Shown here one piece after another: positions 15,522-23,898 of a stretch of DNA of 64,000 bases; the stretch's first letter is position 1, and every line of letters starts with the position of its first letter. A program made the translations under genes and the position numbers. The stretch is taken from NCBI GenBank assembly GCA_041600755.1, contig JBFIJL010000004.1, positions 10,612 through 74,611 of the forward strand, written 5' to 3'. The notes beneath the pieces are model-generated. The model was not told where the DNA came from. It worked only from the letters and a program-made list of their open reading frames with translations, and made no database searches. Origin of the DNA: Candidatus Saccharimonadales bacterium. GTDB taxonomy: Bacteria > Patescibacteriota > Saccharimonadia > Saccharimonadales > JAXHNE01.

Positions 15522-15648
15522 TCATTGCCTCTGGCGCTGTTCCGTCGAGTTAACCACACTTCCCCACAAGTTTTCCACTAGCGTTTTTATCAGGGATATG
15601 TCAATATGTTGACATGGTTTTAAGCATAAGTACGAATTTGGGGGTCGA

Positions 15649-16059
15649 ATGAACTGTCTTTTCTGCGGTGGAGACACCGCCGTCACTAATTCACGTCCAC
15701 AAAAGCGCACAAACAGCGTTTGGCGACGGCGGCAATGCAAAGACTGCAGCACGATATTTACCAGCTCTGAAGCACTTGATCTCTCTGGTAGCATTGTAGT
15801 ATTAACTGACTACTCTAACGCTTCTCAACCCTTCAATCGCGATAAATTGTTCATAAGCATTTATGACAGCCTAAAGCATAGAAAAACAGCCACAAGCGAC
15901 GCTACAGCGCTCACGGACACGATTTTACGTAGGGTTGCGTCCCAAACCACTTCCGCCACCTTAACTACGGCAACGATTAGAACAATTTGCATCCAAACAC
16001 TCGAGAAATTCGATACTGCAGCTAGCGTGCAATACCAAGCCTTCCACCCATTACATTAA
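15649..16059 (+). CDS. nrdR: transcriptional repressor NrdR
   Basis: Zinc ribbon CLFCGG...CKDC followed by an ATP-cone-like region (FNRDKLFISIYDSL). Confidence 0.9.
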   Translation: MNCLFCGGDTAVTNSRPQKRTNSVWRRRQCKDCSTIFTSSEALDLSGSIVVLTDYSNASQPFNRDKLFISIYDSLKHRKTATSDATALTDTILRRVASQTTSATLTTATIRTICIQTLEKFDTAASVQYQAFHPLH

Positions 16060-16064
16060 GCAAA

Positions 16065-17675
16065 CTAGGTGATTTTTTTGTTGTCGTCGGTGATAACGGT
16101 TTTGGTGGTGACGTCAAATTCATCAAAATAGCGTGCAAACATCAGACGCGTCTGAGCAACCAGTGCGGCCATAGAGTTAAACGCGATCGTTGTCAGTGGC
16201 AACAATACCCATTGCAGTACCATGAATACCGTACGATGCCTTCGGTAGCGTTCTGGTCGTGGCGGCAATGTCTTGAGGCTCAAAAACAATGTAATGAATA
16301 TTCCCGTCAAGGCAATGGTCTGGATGCGACTAGCAATGAGTGGCAGCTGAATTGCGGCAAAGTTCTCTTGATCGAGCAGCGACGGAACAAACGCAGCAAG
16401 CGCCAACATTAGCGGTGCAGATGCCCAGTTAACGTGCCCATCCAGCAGACGCAAAAACTTAGCCCACAGATCCCAGCGTGGCACCTTGTTCTTGCTGAAA
16501 AATCCCTTGTCGGCGACATAGGCAATATCCGATGCACCATATGCCCAGCGACGAATCTGCACAAACTGCATCTTGATAGTCTTTGGCAACGTTGGTGCAA
16601 GCACCGCATCCTGGTAAATCGGCAGGTACAACGGATACACAACGTGGTTGCCGTCATAGCGGAAATAGGTACGCCAGAACTGATGTCCATCTTCTACGAT
16701 AGTACGAACACTCCAATAATCTGTGTCAATTAACGTGGCCAAGCTCTGGGCATGAGACGAAAAGTTGCGCAGCATGTGTGGACGCAGCGCAAGAATAATA
16801 TTCCAAAACGAGTTACCGGTGGCAATCACGCGCATGGGGGCCGGCACATCCCAAATGTTGTTGGTGAACATTGGAATTGGCTGGAACGATACGTGGCGTG
16901 GTGAGTCTGTCATGGCGTACACATAACTAAGTGCGTTCAAATAGTGTTTGTGTGGGCGATTGTCGGCATCGAGCGTCGTGACAATCACATGTAGTGGGTC
17001 GATATCCTGTTGCAGAACATACTTCTCCAGCTCTCGACCTGCGTAAGTAATGTTGCCACCTTTTCCTTTTACCTCTCCAGGGGTAACTGGGTGTTTAGAG
17101 GCAATGGCGTGCTTGAACAATTTTCCGTACTTTTTGACAATTTCCTGGACCGCTGGCTCAGACTGTGCGCCATTTCGCTCCTCGTAGGCCATCACCAAAA
17201 TCACCTGCTTCATGTCAAAATCGGAGTCCATGACTGCTTGTACTGTAGGTTCAAGAATTTCAATTGACTCGTTATATGACGCAATCACAATCGCGTGATA
17301 TAGGTCGTCCACCGGAATTGGATTTTCGTGTGCATTGAGTCTGGCGACATTGTCGGCATGCCACTTTGGAATAGATGCAGTAATGTCGGTCGTTGGCTCG
17401 CCACGCTTGAGGTCAGCAAGCATGATTCCCCATGCCAACTTCTTGTGTCGTTCAAGTGAGCGATAGCCCTGAATCGACCGAACATTCAGCCCAATCGATT
17501 TAATAAACCACACCAATAAGTACGTAATAATGAAAAATACTCCGAGCGTACGATTAATAAAACTCAATCCTAGGGGCGCGGTCAGAATAAGCCAACTCAA
17601 CGCTCCAGGCAGAATTTCGAACAGTCGATAGCGTCGACTGCGATCTTTTTCATACGGTATTTCTATTTGCTTCAT
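16065..17675 (-). CDS. membrane-embedded family-2 glycosyltransferase, processive type
   Basis: TLDADN (DxD) and QIRRWAYG (QxxRW) motifs, flanked by N- and C-terminal TM helices. Confidence 0.8.
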   Translation of the reverse strand: MKQIEIPYEKDRSRRYRLFEILPGALSWLILTAPLGLSFINRTLGVFFIITYLLVWFIKSIGLNVRSIQGYRSLERHKKLAWGIMLADLKRGEPTTDITASIPKWHADNVARLNAHENPIPVDDLYHAIVIASYNESIEILEPTVQAVMDSDFDMKQVILVMAYEERNGAQSEPAVQEIVKKYGKLFKHAIASKHPVTPGEVKGKGGNITYAGRELEKYVLQQDIDPLHVIVTTLDADNRPHKHYLNALSYVYAMTDSPRHVSFQPIPMFTNNIWDVPAPMRVIATGNSFWNIILALRPHMLRNFSSHAQSLATLIDTDYWSVRTIVEDGHQFWRTYFRYDGNHVVYPLYLPIYQDAVLAPTLPKTIKMQFVQIRRWAYGASDIAYVADKGFFSKNKVPRWDLWAKFLRLLDGHVNWASAPLMLALAAFVPSLLDQENFAAIQLPLIASRIQTIALTGIFITLFLSLKTLPPRPERYRRHRTVFMVLQWVLLPLTTIAFNSMAALVAQTRLMFARYFDEFDVTTKTVITDDNKKIT

Positions 17676-17684
17676 AAAACTTTT

Positions 17685-18041
17685 TTAAGAAATCCCGAGT
17701 AGTTCATGACTAATAATTGTCGATAGCACCAACAGAAGCGTAGCAAACGCCAGAATAACAATCGCAAAGTGACGCTTGATTGGATAAGCCTTTTTGCTTA
17801 AATATGCATGGAATCCAAACACGAGTAGTGTAAAAATCGCAAAACTCAAAATACCAGTGGCTGAGCCTTGTGAATATCTATCGATGCCCAATCGTGGACG
17901 AAACCTCGTAACATAAGTCGCACCGCTGGAGAAGTTGATAGACAGTAATATATAGAGACTGTTTGCAAGTGCTAAAAACGCGTTAACACTCAGCAGTATG
18001 AGAATTGTTCGATCGTGAAAATATTTCTTTGGAGTTGCCAT
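17685..18041 (-). CDS. small integral membrane protein, hypothetical
   Basis: 118 aa with four hydrophobic segments. Ends 9 nt before the start of the downstream GT2 gene (17685 vs 17675). Confidence 0.5.
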   Translation of the reverse strand: MATPKKYFHDRTILILLSVNAFLALANSLYILLSINFSSGATYVTRFRPRLGIDRYSQGSATGILSFAIFTLLVFGFHAYLSKKAYPIKRHFAIVILAFATLLLVLSTIISHELLGIS

Positions 18042-18091
18042 TATCTTCTAGTGTAGTGCCTTACGCGTTATTGTTCAAAGTCTTATTGTCA

Positions 18092-18167
18092 TGGAGCCAC
18101 CTAGCAGGGTCGAACTGCTGACCTTCGCGTTACGAATGCGATGCTCTACCAACTGAGCTAAGGTGGC
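18092..18167 (-). tRNA. tRNA-Thr (anticodon CGU), discriminator U73, CCA encoded
   Basis: GCCACCU/AGGUGGC acceptor, GCUC-AGUUGGUA-GAGC D arm, anticodon loop UUCGUAA, AGCAG-UUCGACC-CUGCU T arm, U-CCA. Confidence 0.9.
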
Positions 18168-18301
18168 AAATCCTAGTCACAAACCCATGATTTATGATCT
18201 ATAACTTTCAAATAGTATATCAAATACGATGAAGATTTGTTTGATTTTAACCTCTGTTGGTGGTATGCTTTGGTCTGTCGTATTTAATCATGCGAAAACG
18301 C

Positions 18302-18378
18302 GGGCCCGTGGTGTAGTGGCCTAACATGCCTCCCTGTCACGGAGGAGATCGCCGGTTCAAATCCGGTCGGGCCCGCCA
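18302..18378 (+). tRNA. tRNA-Asp (anticodon GUC), G73, CCA encoded
   Basis: GGGCCCG/CGGGCCC acceptor, CCUCC-CUGUCAC-GGAGG anticodon arm, GCCGG-UUCAAAU-CCGGU T arm. An upstream TTGATT-17-TATGCT promoter with extended TG lies at 18241-18269. Confidence 0.92.
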
Positions 18379-18386
18379 AATCAAGG

Positions 18387-18409
18387 AACCATCGCCAGGA
18401 TGGTTTTTT
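18387..18409 (+). terminator. intrinsic terminator after tRNA-Asp
   Basis: aaccatc/gatggtt stem followed by TTTTTT. Confidence 0.65.
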
Positions 18410-18497
18410 AATTTGACGCTTCTTGAGGAGTTCTGGACCGGATAGCTGCAAAGCGACCCGGGCCAATTGAAAAAATTCTGTCGAACTACCTCTTTGT

Positions 18498-18623
18498 TTA
18501 TAAAGGATTTATTACAATTCCCAATCCGGTCGGGCAATAAACTGTTCCATTTTTATGTCCAGTAGGGTTACCAGATTGACCAGGCTTCCAGGATTTTAGG
18601 TTTTTGTATTTTTTGTTATTCAT
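18498..18623 (-). pseudogene. truncated remnant of a phage/ICE-type small protein (KPGQSGNPxG N-terminal motif)
   Basis: From ATG 18623: MNNKKYKNLKSWKPGQSGNPTGHKNG... I recall this motif from DUF5681-type mobile-element proteins (memory, not a search). Coding sense is lost where the 13-nt tRNA-Asp fragment copy sits (18523-18535). Confidence 0.3.
18523..18535 (+). repeat. 13-nt copy of the tRNA-Asp T-arm/acceptor segment (aatccggtcgggc)
   Basis: Identical to 18360-18372 inside tRNA-Asp. Confidence 0.6.
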
Positions 18624-18695
18624 ATCTAATCTTATTATACTATTTTTACTGAATATCTTGACTATTGTACCTAGATATGTTATGATGTACTTATA

Positions 18696-19562
18696 ATGAA
18701 ACAACGTACTGCTACACCTTACGGAAAAGCAAAAGTACACTCCGCCGAAAGCCACTCACCTGATGCAGAACGGGTATTAGTCGTGCCTGGATACAGCGAG
18801 TCTCTTGCTCATAGTAGAAAATTAGTAGATGCCTTAGCTACAAAAGGCTATGACGCTTCTACATTCAGTCAACCACGCCGTGCTGGCAAAGAAACTAATA
18901 AAGTTGATGACCCTATCCAGCGTCAAGGCAACGTAGTACTTAGCTTGCTAGAAACCACCGCCCCTCAAGGTGAAAAAGTTCACGCTGTAGCACATTCTCT
19001 AGGTTCTGCTGCTGTATTAAGGGCTGCACAGGAAGCACCTGAACGGTTCGCAAGCCTGACACTTATGCAACCCGTAGGTATGGTTGGCGAGCAAAGTTTC
19101 CCCGAATTGCTGGGACGTGTTGGTAAGAAAGTCACCAAGAACCAAGTAGGAGCATTAAGAAGCCAAGACCCTCAAAGACAACCTAAGGCTGGCTACGCAG
19201 CATCTGCTGATACAGAATCAGCTATTCGCTATTCAACCCGTGTTGCCCGTTCACAAGTTGCTGGTAGTGGCGTTCTCGCAAAACAACCTGTACTGGCAGT
19301 ACAAGAAGCAACGGCAGCAGGTAGTTACGATATAGCAGATGATATAGCTAAGGTTAAAGGACTTGGAATCCCTGTAAATATCGTTAAGGCTCATAGCGAC
19401 GAGATGTTTGATACCGACAAAGTTGATATGGGATATGCGGGAATTGCAGACTCTGTGGACTCATACAGTAGTGTTGCTGACCGAACTGCCCGACACGATA
19501 CTTTTTGGTTACAGCCTGAACGAACGGCTGCTATCATTGGACAGCTAATTCAGAAAAACTAA
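18696..19562 (+). CDS. alpha/beta-fold hydrolase
   Basis: VLVVPGYSES, nucleophile elbow AHSLGS, and late D/H candidates (AHSDEMFD, ARHDTFW). Own TTGACT-17-TATGAT promoter at about 18658-18686. Confidence 0.75.
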   Translation: MKQRTATPYGKAKVHSAESHSPDAERVLVVPGYSESLAHSRKLVDALATKGYDASTFSQPRRAGKETNKVDDPIQRQGNVVLSLLETTAPQGEKVHAVAHSLGSAAVLRAAQEAPERFASLTLMQPVGMVGEQSFPELLGRVGKKVTKNQVGALRSQDPQRQPKAGYAASADTESAIRYSTRVARSQVAGSGVLAKQPVLAVQEATAAGSYDIADDIAKVKGLGIPVNIVKAHSDEMFDTDKVDMGYAGIADSVDSYSSVADRTARHDTFWLQPERTAAIIGQLIQKN

Positions 19563-19617
19563 ATTGACTCTTAGTTTCCTGCATTTCTACAAAATAGTTC
19601 CATACCGCTAAAGTAAC

Positions 19618-19660
19618 GGCCCGCCAAACTAAGAAAATCACCCACCATGGTGGTTTTTTT
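19618..19660 (+). repeat. second copy of the tRNA-Asp 3' end (ggcccgccaaa) plus a diverged copy of its terminator
   Basis: 19618-19628 is identical to 18370-18380. The downstream ctaagaaaatcacccaccatggtggtttttttaattt parallels tcaaggaaccatcgccaggatggttttttaattt after the tRNA. Confidence 0.6.
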
Positions 19661-19698
19661 AATTTATAAGACTTGCCTAGAGTCTTGTTTGGCTTATT

Positions 19699-20787
19699 CT
19701 AGCTCGGGGTTTGGGTGTCTTCGAGTTCGGGGAGCGAAATGTAGACGCGTGCCGGCTGACTGGCCTTTGCATCGTTAACAAACGTTTCCATGCTCTTGAA
19801 GTTAATCAAAATGTGCGCAGCCTTAACGGTATCAGCGCTGACTTCAATGGCCTTCACAATCTCAAGCCCGTAACCTATAGAATATATGTCTGATACTTCG
19901 CCGGCAGAAAGTCCAAACAATTTCAGTGTCGTCTCTGATGGTAAATCACGGTTGGTTTTTTGAATAGCATCACCTATTAACCCACCGTTTCCTTTGGTTG
20001 CGGCATCATCCGAATATTTGGCTGCTACTTCACCAAAATCTGCACCACTATTAATCTCTGCAAGAGCTGCTTCGGCACGAGACTTAGCCTCGGTGTCCAT
20101 TGTCGCAATCACTTTTTCTGCAAGCAACTGCTGGCGGAGGCTTCGCTTGAAATCATCTACAGACCAACCCCAAAACTTTTTGAGCGTCTCTTCTAGTACT
20201 TCCTCACTGTTACCTAGCCTATTTTGCTCGCGCACAATTCGAATCTCGTCTTCTACCTCTTGATCGGTAATAGAGATGTCATTATCTGAAGCCAACTGCT
20301 TGATGTATGCATCATTCACAACCTTATCAAGTGCCCGACGCTTGAACTGCGACAGCTGCAGCTGACCAGCCTCTGAATCAAAATCTAGCTCTTGCTGGTT
20401 TTCGTAGAAATGTTTGTAGTGGCGGAGTTCGAACAGATAGTTTTCGTAGGCAATGAACTGGCTGCCTGAGCGTGCAATCGGAAACGGAATCACCTGTGTA
20501 ACTCGGTACAAAAACGTATCACTTGTCTGCACGCGGTACAAAGCCAATGTGCAGTAGGCGAAAAACCCAAGAACAGTCGCGACGAACAAGCCAGATGAAA
20601 ACAGCACAATTTTATGTTTGGATTCCTGCAGCGGCAAAATGTACTTGCGCGCACCGCCGATCACCTCTTCTCGATGTTCGGCTACTGTTTTGTTAGTAAT
20701 CCGCGGAACTTTGCCGTCTACTGGTTCACTTTTTTTGAAAGTTGCTTGCTTGGCAGCATGTTTAAGTTTATCTAGCTTCTTTTTCAT
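19699..20787 (-). CDS. membrane-anchored SurA/PrsA-like chaperone with a parvulin-type PPIase-like domain
   Basis: N-terminal TM helix (IVLFSSGLFVATVLGFFAYCTLAL), a SurA-N-like helical region, and a C-terminal ADFGEVAAKYSDDAATKGNGGLIG...EVSD segment. Confidence 0.5.
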   Translation of the reverse strand: MKKKLDKLKHAAKQATFKKSEPVDGKVPRITNKTVAEHREEVIGGARKYILPLQESKHKIVLFSSGLFVATVLGFFAYCTLALYRVQTSDTFLYRVTQVIPFPIARSGSQFIAYENYLFELRHYKHFYENQQELDFDSEAGQLQLSQFKRRALDKVVNDAYIKQLASDNDISITDQEVEDEIRIVREQNRLGNSEEVLEETLKKFWGWSVDDFKRSLRQQLLAEKVIATMDTEAKSRAEAALAEINSGADFGEVAAKYSDDAATKGNGGLIGDAIQKTNRDLPSETTLKLFGLSAGEVSDIYSIGYGLEIVKAIEVSADTVKAAHILINFKSMETFVNDAKASQPARVYISLPELEDTQTPS

Positions 20788-20796
20788 ATCTTAAGA

Positions 20797-21339
20797 CTAT
20801 TCCTCTGTTTCTTGTGATTGACTGAAATCCACACCGATTGCACCCTTTTCGCGCAAAATTGTAATAATCTTCTTCTGTGTCTTCGCAGGATGATGAATGT
20901 CATGAATAACCAGATCACCAACTAATGTCTGCATCATTATTGTACCAAATCCCAGCAAAGATTCCTGCATGCCCGCAACTTCGTAATTAACCATTTGAAT
21001 CTGCTTCAGGTCGATATCTACGACGCTCTTGTGAAACAAACCCTTTTGAGACACTTGAATAAAGCGCTGGTCGGTCATAATAAACACGCTAAAGTTCCAG
21101 GTTATCCAGGCTGGCATTATGGCGATAATCGCTAAGACTAATCCTGCGGCCAGACCTCCAAAGAAATAGCTGTACTCTGGCTTTACCAGCCCAGGAACTG
21201 TGCCAAGCAACAGCATCAACATGAACAAAATCAGCCCTTTTCGCATGACGACTGGATGCTTCTTGAACACATACAGTACTTCCTCGTCATCAAACTGATC
21301 GTCAAAGTACTTCTCTGTTTCTTTTTTTTGCTGAGCCAT
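20797..21339 (-). CDS. membrane protein with a bacterial PH-like (DUF304/YdbT-type) domain
   Basis: EEVLYVFKKHPVV, then two TM helices, then FIMTDQRFIQVSQKGLF...I. Confidence 0.45.
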   Translation of the reverse strand: MAQQKKETEKYFDDQFDDEEVLYVFKKHPVVMRKGLILFMLMLLLGTVPGLVKPEYSYFFGGLAAGLVLAIIAIMPAWITWNFSVFIMTDQRFIQVSQKGLFHKSVVDIDLKQIQMVNYEVAGMQESLLGFGTIMMQTLVGDLVIHDIHHPAKTQKKIITILREKGAIGVDFSQSQETEE

Positions 21340-21395
21340 GTCTTAAGCGTAAAGGGTTTTCGGGAACTAGTCTAGCAAAAAATAGTTTCGATTAT

Positions 21396-21833
21396 CTAGG
21401 CGCGTCTTCGTAAGCCCAGCACTTCCCAAAACCGTCTAGTATCTAAAGACTGTCCGTAAGTATTGGCACTGTCGGTACCGGGGATGAGCAACAAAAGAAT
21501 TATTAGGGCAAAATTTAAAAATGGAACAAATAACACCAATGAGTAATAGCCAGACTTATCGAGGTCATGAAGTCTTCTAGCAATAAGCCCAAACTGGTGG
21601 GCTATTACAAACGCCTGAAGTGGCAAGAAAATAATTATTGCAACGGCTGCAATGACGAATTGGCTCACTGCATCTCCAGCGCCAAGCAATGTGGTCGCTT
21701 CAATAGCTAAAATAACTGGCAGTGCAAGAATCAAGCACACGATTGTCAGTAAAAATATTTGATATACGATAGCAAGAACGAATTGACTGCGCGAAAGTCG
21801 ACCTTTGTAAAGATTATTCAGAATTATTTCCAT
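21396..21833 (-). CDS. DUF805-family inner membrane protein
   Basis: GRLSRSQF at the N-terminus, IARRLHDLDKSGYYSL, and PGTDSANTYG at the C-terminus match my recollection of DUF805. Confidence 0.65.
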   Translation of the reverse strand: MEIILNNLYKGRLSRSQFVLAIVYQIFLLTIVCLILALPVILAIEATTLLGAGDAVSQFVIAAVAIIIFLPLQAFVIAHQFGLIARRLHDLDKSGYYSLVLFVPFLNFALIILLLLIPGTDSANTYGQSLDTRRFWEVLGLRRRA

Positions 21834-21869
21834 ACATACACTATACCATTATTCGCTGAGTACTCTCGC

Positions 21870-22165
21870 CTGGAGCATCTGATTAGCGAAGCAAGGAAAA
21901 CTCAAACAGCCACAGGCTGTTTTCGCCTTTCGGTTCGACTCATGAAAGAACAAAAGCCGACAATACGTCTGTACTATCAGCTTTTGGTGCCCCGGGTAAG
22001 AGTCGACTAAAGATGCTCACTCGAATGCTAAAGCATCTCGTTCGGCCAAGCAAGGAAAACTCAAACAGCCACAGGCTGTTTTCGCCTTTCGGTTCGACTC
22101 ATGAAAGAACAAAAGCCGACAATACGTCTGTACTATCAGCTTTTGGTGCCCCGGGTAAGAGTCGA
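21870..22165. repeat. tandem direct repeat (unit 159 bp; 117 bp identical) that includes the last 22 nt of tRNA-Arg
   Basis: 21890-22006 equals 22049-22165 (gcaaggaaaactcaaacagcc...tggtgccccgggtaagagtcga). Similarity continues, diverged, about 20 nt further left in both copies. Confidence 0.85.
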
Positions 22166-22219
22166 ACCTACAACCTTCTCCTTAGGACGGAGCTGCTCTA
22201 TCCATTGAGCTACCGAGGC
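22144..22219 (-). tRNA. tRNA-Arg (anticodon CCU), CCA encoded
   Basis: GCCUCGG/CCGGGGC acceptor, GCUC-AAUGGAUA-GAGC D arm, anticodon loop GUCCUAA, GUAGG-UUCGACU-CUUAC T arm, A73-CCA. G32 and a G27-A43 mismatch are slightly atypical. Confidence 0.85.
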
Positions 22220-22354
22220 ATGATTGTGAACACTTTAAGTTTACTTACTTTTATAGCTCAATGATAGAGCTGCTCATTCTTTATTTTGCAACGAGGTTGC
22301 GCCACTTTCGCTACCGAGGCAAATGTGGCTGCATTTCTGCAGCCACAAAAATAA

Positions 22355-22885
22355 TTATTTCTTGGAGGACTTAACTTTTTTCATTGCACCGGCGTTCATA
22401 TAGCGATCATGTAGCGTGTCGTAGCTATGAATTTCATCGATGCTAAACCACAGTGAAATCTCTAGCTTAGCTTCATCAGGGTCACCAGATGCGTGAATGA
22501 GGTTTGGAATGCCAACGCTGTTTTCATTTGCATGAGCATAGCTCATGTGGGCATAGTCACCACGAATCGTGCCAGGAATTGATGATTTTGGTTCAGTGTC
22601 GCCGACCATCTTACGCACCAAAGATACGGCTTCGACACCCTCTAAAATAATCGCAATTACTGGTCCGGCTTGCATGAACTCAAGGTTGTCATCGAATACT
22701 TGTTGCCCGCGGCGAGATATAACTTGACCTATAGTTTCGTAGTGCTCAAAATAGTGATCTTTATTTGGCTCTAGCATTTTCATGGCAACAATTTTTAGCC
22801 CTGCTCGTTCGAAGCGACTTAGGATTTCGCCAATAACTGAACGCTGTACTGCGTCAGGCTTTAATACAATCAATGTTTTTTCCAT
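22355..22885 (-). CDS. ndk: nucleoside-diphosphate kinase (long form)
   Basis: TLIVLKPDAVQRSVIGEILSRFERAGLKIVAMKM, GDTEP, and NLIHASGD with the active-site His. Confidence 0.92.
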   Translation of the reverse strand: MEKTLIVLKPDAVQRSVIGEILSRFERAGLKIVAMKMLEPNKDHYFEHYETIGQVISRRGQQVFDDNLEFMQAGPVIAIILEGVEAVSLVRKMVGDTEPKSSIPGTIRGDYAHMSYAHANENSVGIPNLIHASGDPDEAKLEISLWFSIDEIHSYDTLHDRYMNAGAMKKVKSSKK

Positions 22886-22961
22886 GAATTTTCCTTGTTT
22901 ACGTTAACGACATTCTAACAGATAGCGCACGCTATTTGCTAGTGTGTCGTACAATATAAGC

Positions 22962-23885
22962 ATGAGCAACCCATCATCGTTTGCAAAACTAAAAACTGAC
23001 TATCTCGAACATATGGAAATTGAGCAAAACCGCTCAAATAAAACAATTGAAAATTATGACCACTATTTGAATCGTCTTATCGATTTTGCTGGAGATATTT
23101 CAGTGTCAGATATCAACCAAGAACTTATACGCAAATGGAGATTGTGGCTCAATAGACTCGGCACCAACACAAGCGATGAACTTAAAAAGTCTACTCAAAA
23201 TTACCATCTCATTGCTCTGCGCGGCTTTTTGAAATATTGCGCAAAACGAGACATCACCGTCATGCAGCCTGATAAAATTGAGCTTGCACGGGTTGTGCGC
23301 AAGCAAGTAACCTTTCTAACCCCAGAAGAAGTAGAAAGACTTCTTAGTCAGGCAGATTTAAGTAAATTATCAGGGGTCAGAGATCGCGCCATTCTTGAAC
23401 TACTATTTAGTTCAGGCTTGCGTGTTTCGGAGCTTGTTGGACTGGATAGAGACCACGTAAATCTCAAACGCCGTGAGTTCATGGTTCGCGGAAAGGGCCA
23501 AAAGGATCGGCCAATATTTATTAGCGAGTCTGCTGCCCGATGGATTGAGGTGTACTTAGAAAAAAGACAAGATACGGCCAAGCCGTTGTTCATTAGATAC
23601 TCTGGCAGTAAAAAAGTAGATACCAGCGGAAACTTTCATCGCCTCACGGCCCGCAGTATCCAGCGCATGGTAAAGCGCTACGGTTTACTTGCTGGCATAA
23701 CCAAACATGTTAGCCCACACACACTACGACACTCGTTTGCCACAGACCTACTTATGAACGGAGCTGATTTGCGCAGCGTGCAAGCGATGCTTGGCCACAG
23801 CAACATTGCCACCACGCAAATTTATACACACGTCACCGACCCACATCTCAAATCTGTTCACGAAAAATTTCACAAATCCCAATAG
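22962..23885 (+). CDS. tyrosine recombinase, XerC/XerD family
   Basis: N-terminal core-binding domain (IENYDHYLNRL), catalytic R...HxxR...Y (LRHSFATDLL, GHSNIATTQIYTHV). Start set at ATG 22962. Confidence 0.85.
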   Translation: MSNPSSFAKLKTDYLEHMEIEQNRSNKTIENYDHYLNRLIDFAGDISVSDINQELIRKWRLWLNRLGTNTSDELKKSTQNYHLIALRGFLKYCAKRDITVMQPDKIELARVVRKQVTFLTPEEVERLLSQADLSKLSGVRDRAILELLFSSGLRVSELVGLDRDHVNLKRREFMVRGKGQKDRPIFISESAARWIEVYLEKRQDTAKPLFIRYSGSKKVDTSGNFHRLTARSIQRMVKRYGLLAGITKHVSPHTLRHSFATDLLMNGADLRSVQAMLGHSNIATTQIYTHVTDPHLKSVHEKFHKSQ

Positions 23886-23898
23886 CCCTTTTGGGGAT

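Noticed and set aside
21759-22264. Two 83-aa plus-strand ORFs (21759..22010 and 22013..22264) with near-identical C-terminal halves
   Set aside because: Their similarity is a by-product of the 159-bp tandem DNA repeat, and they run antisense through tRNA-Arg. Neither has an RBS.
22944-23885. Calling the tyrosine recombinase a phage/ICE integrase of the tRNA-Arg scar
   Set aside because: - Its sequence pattern is that of chromosomal XerC/XerD.
- ndk separates it from the tRNA.
- The tRNA-Arg repeat looks like a tandem duplication rather than att sites around an element.

Kept only as a caveat in the findings.
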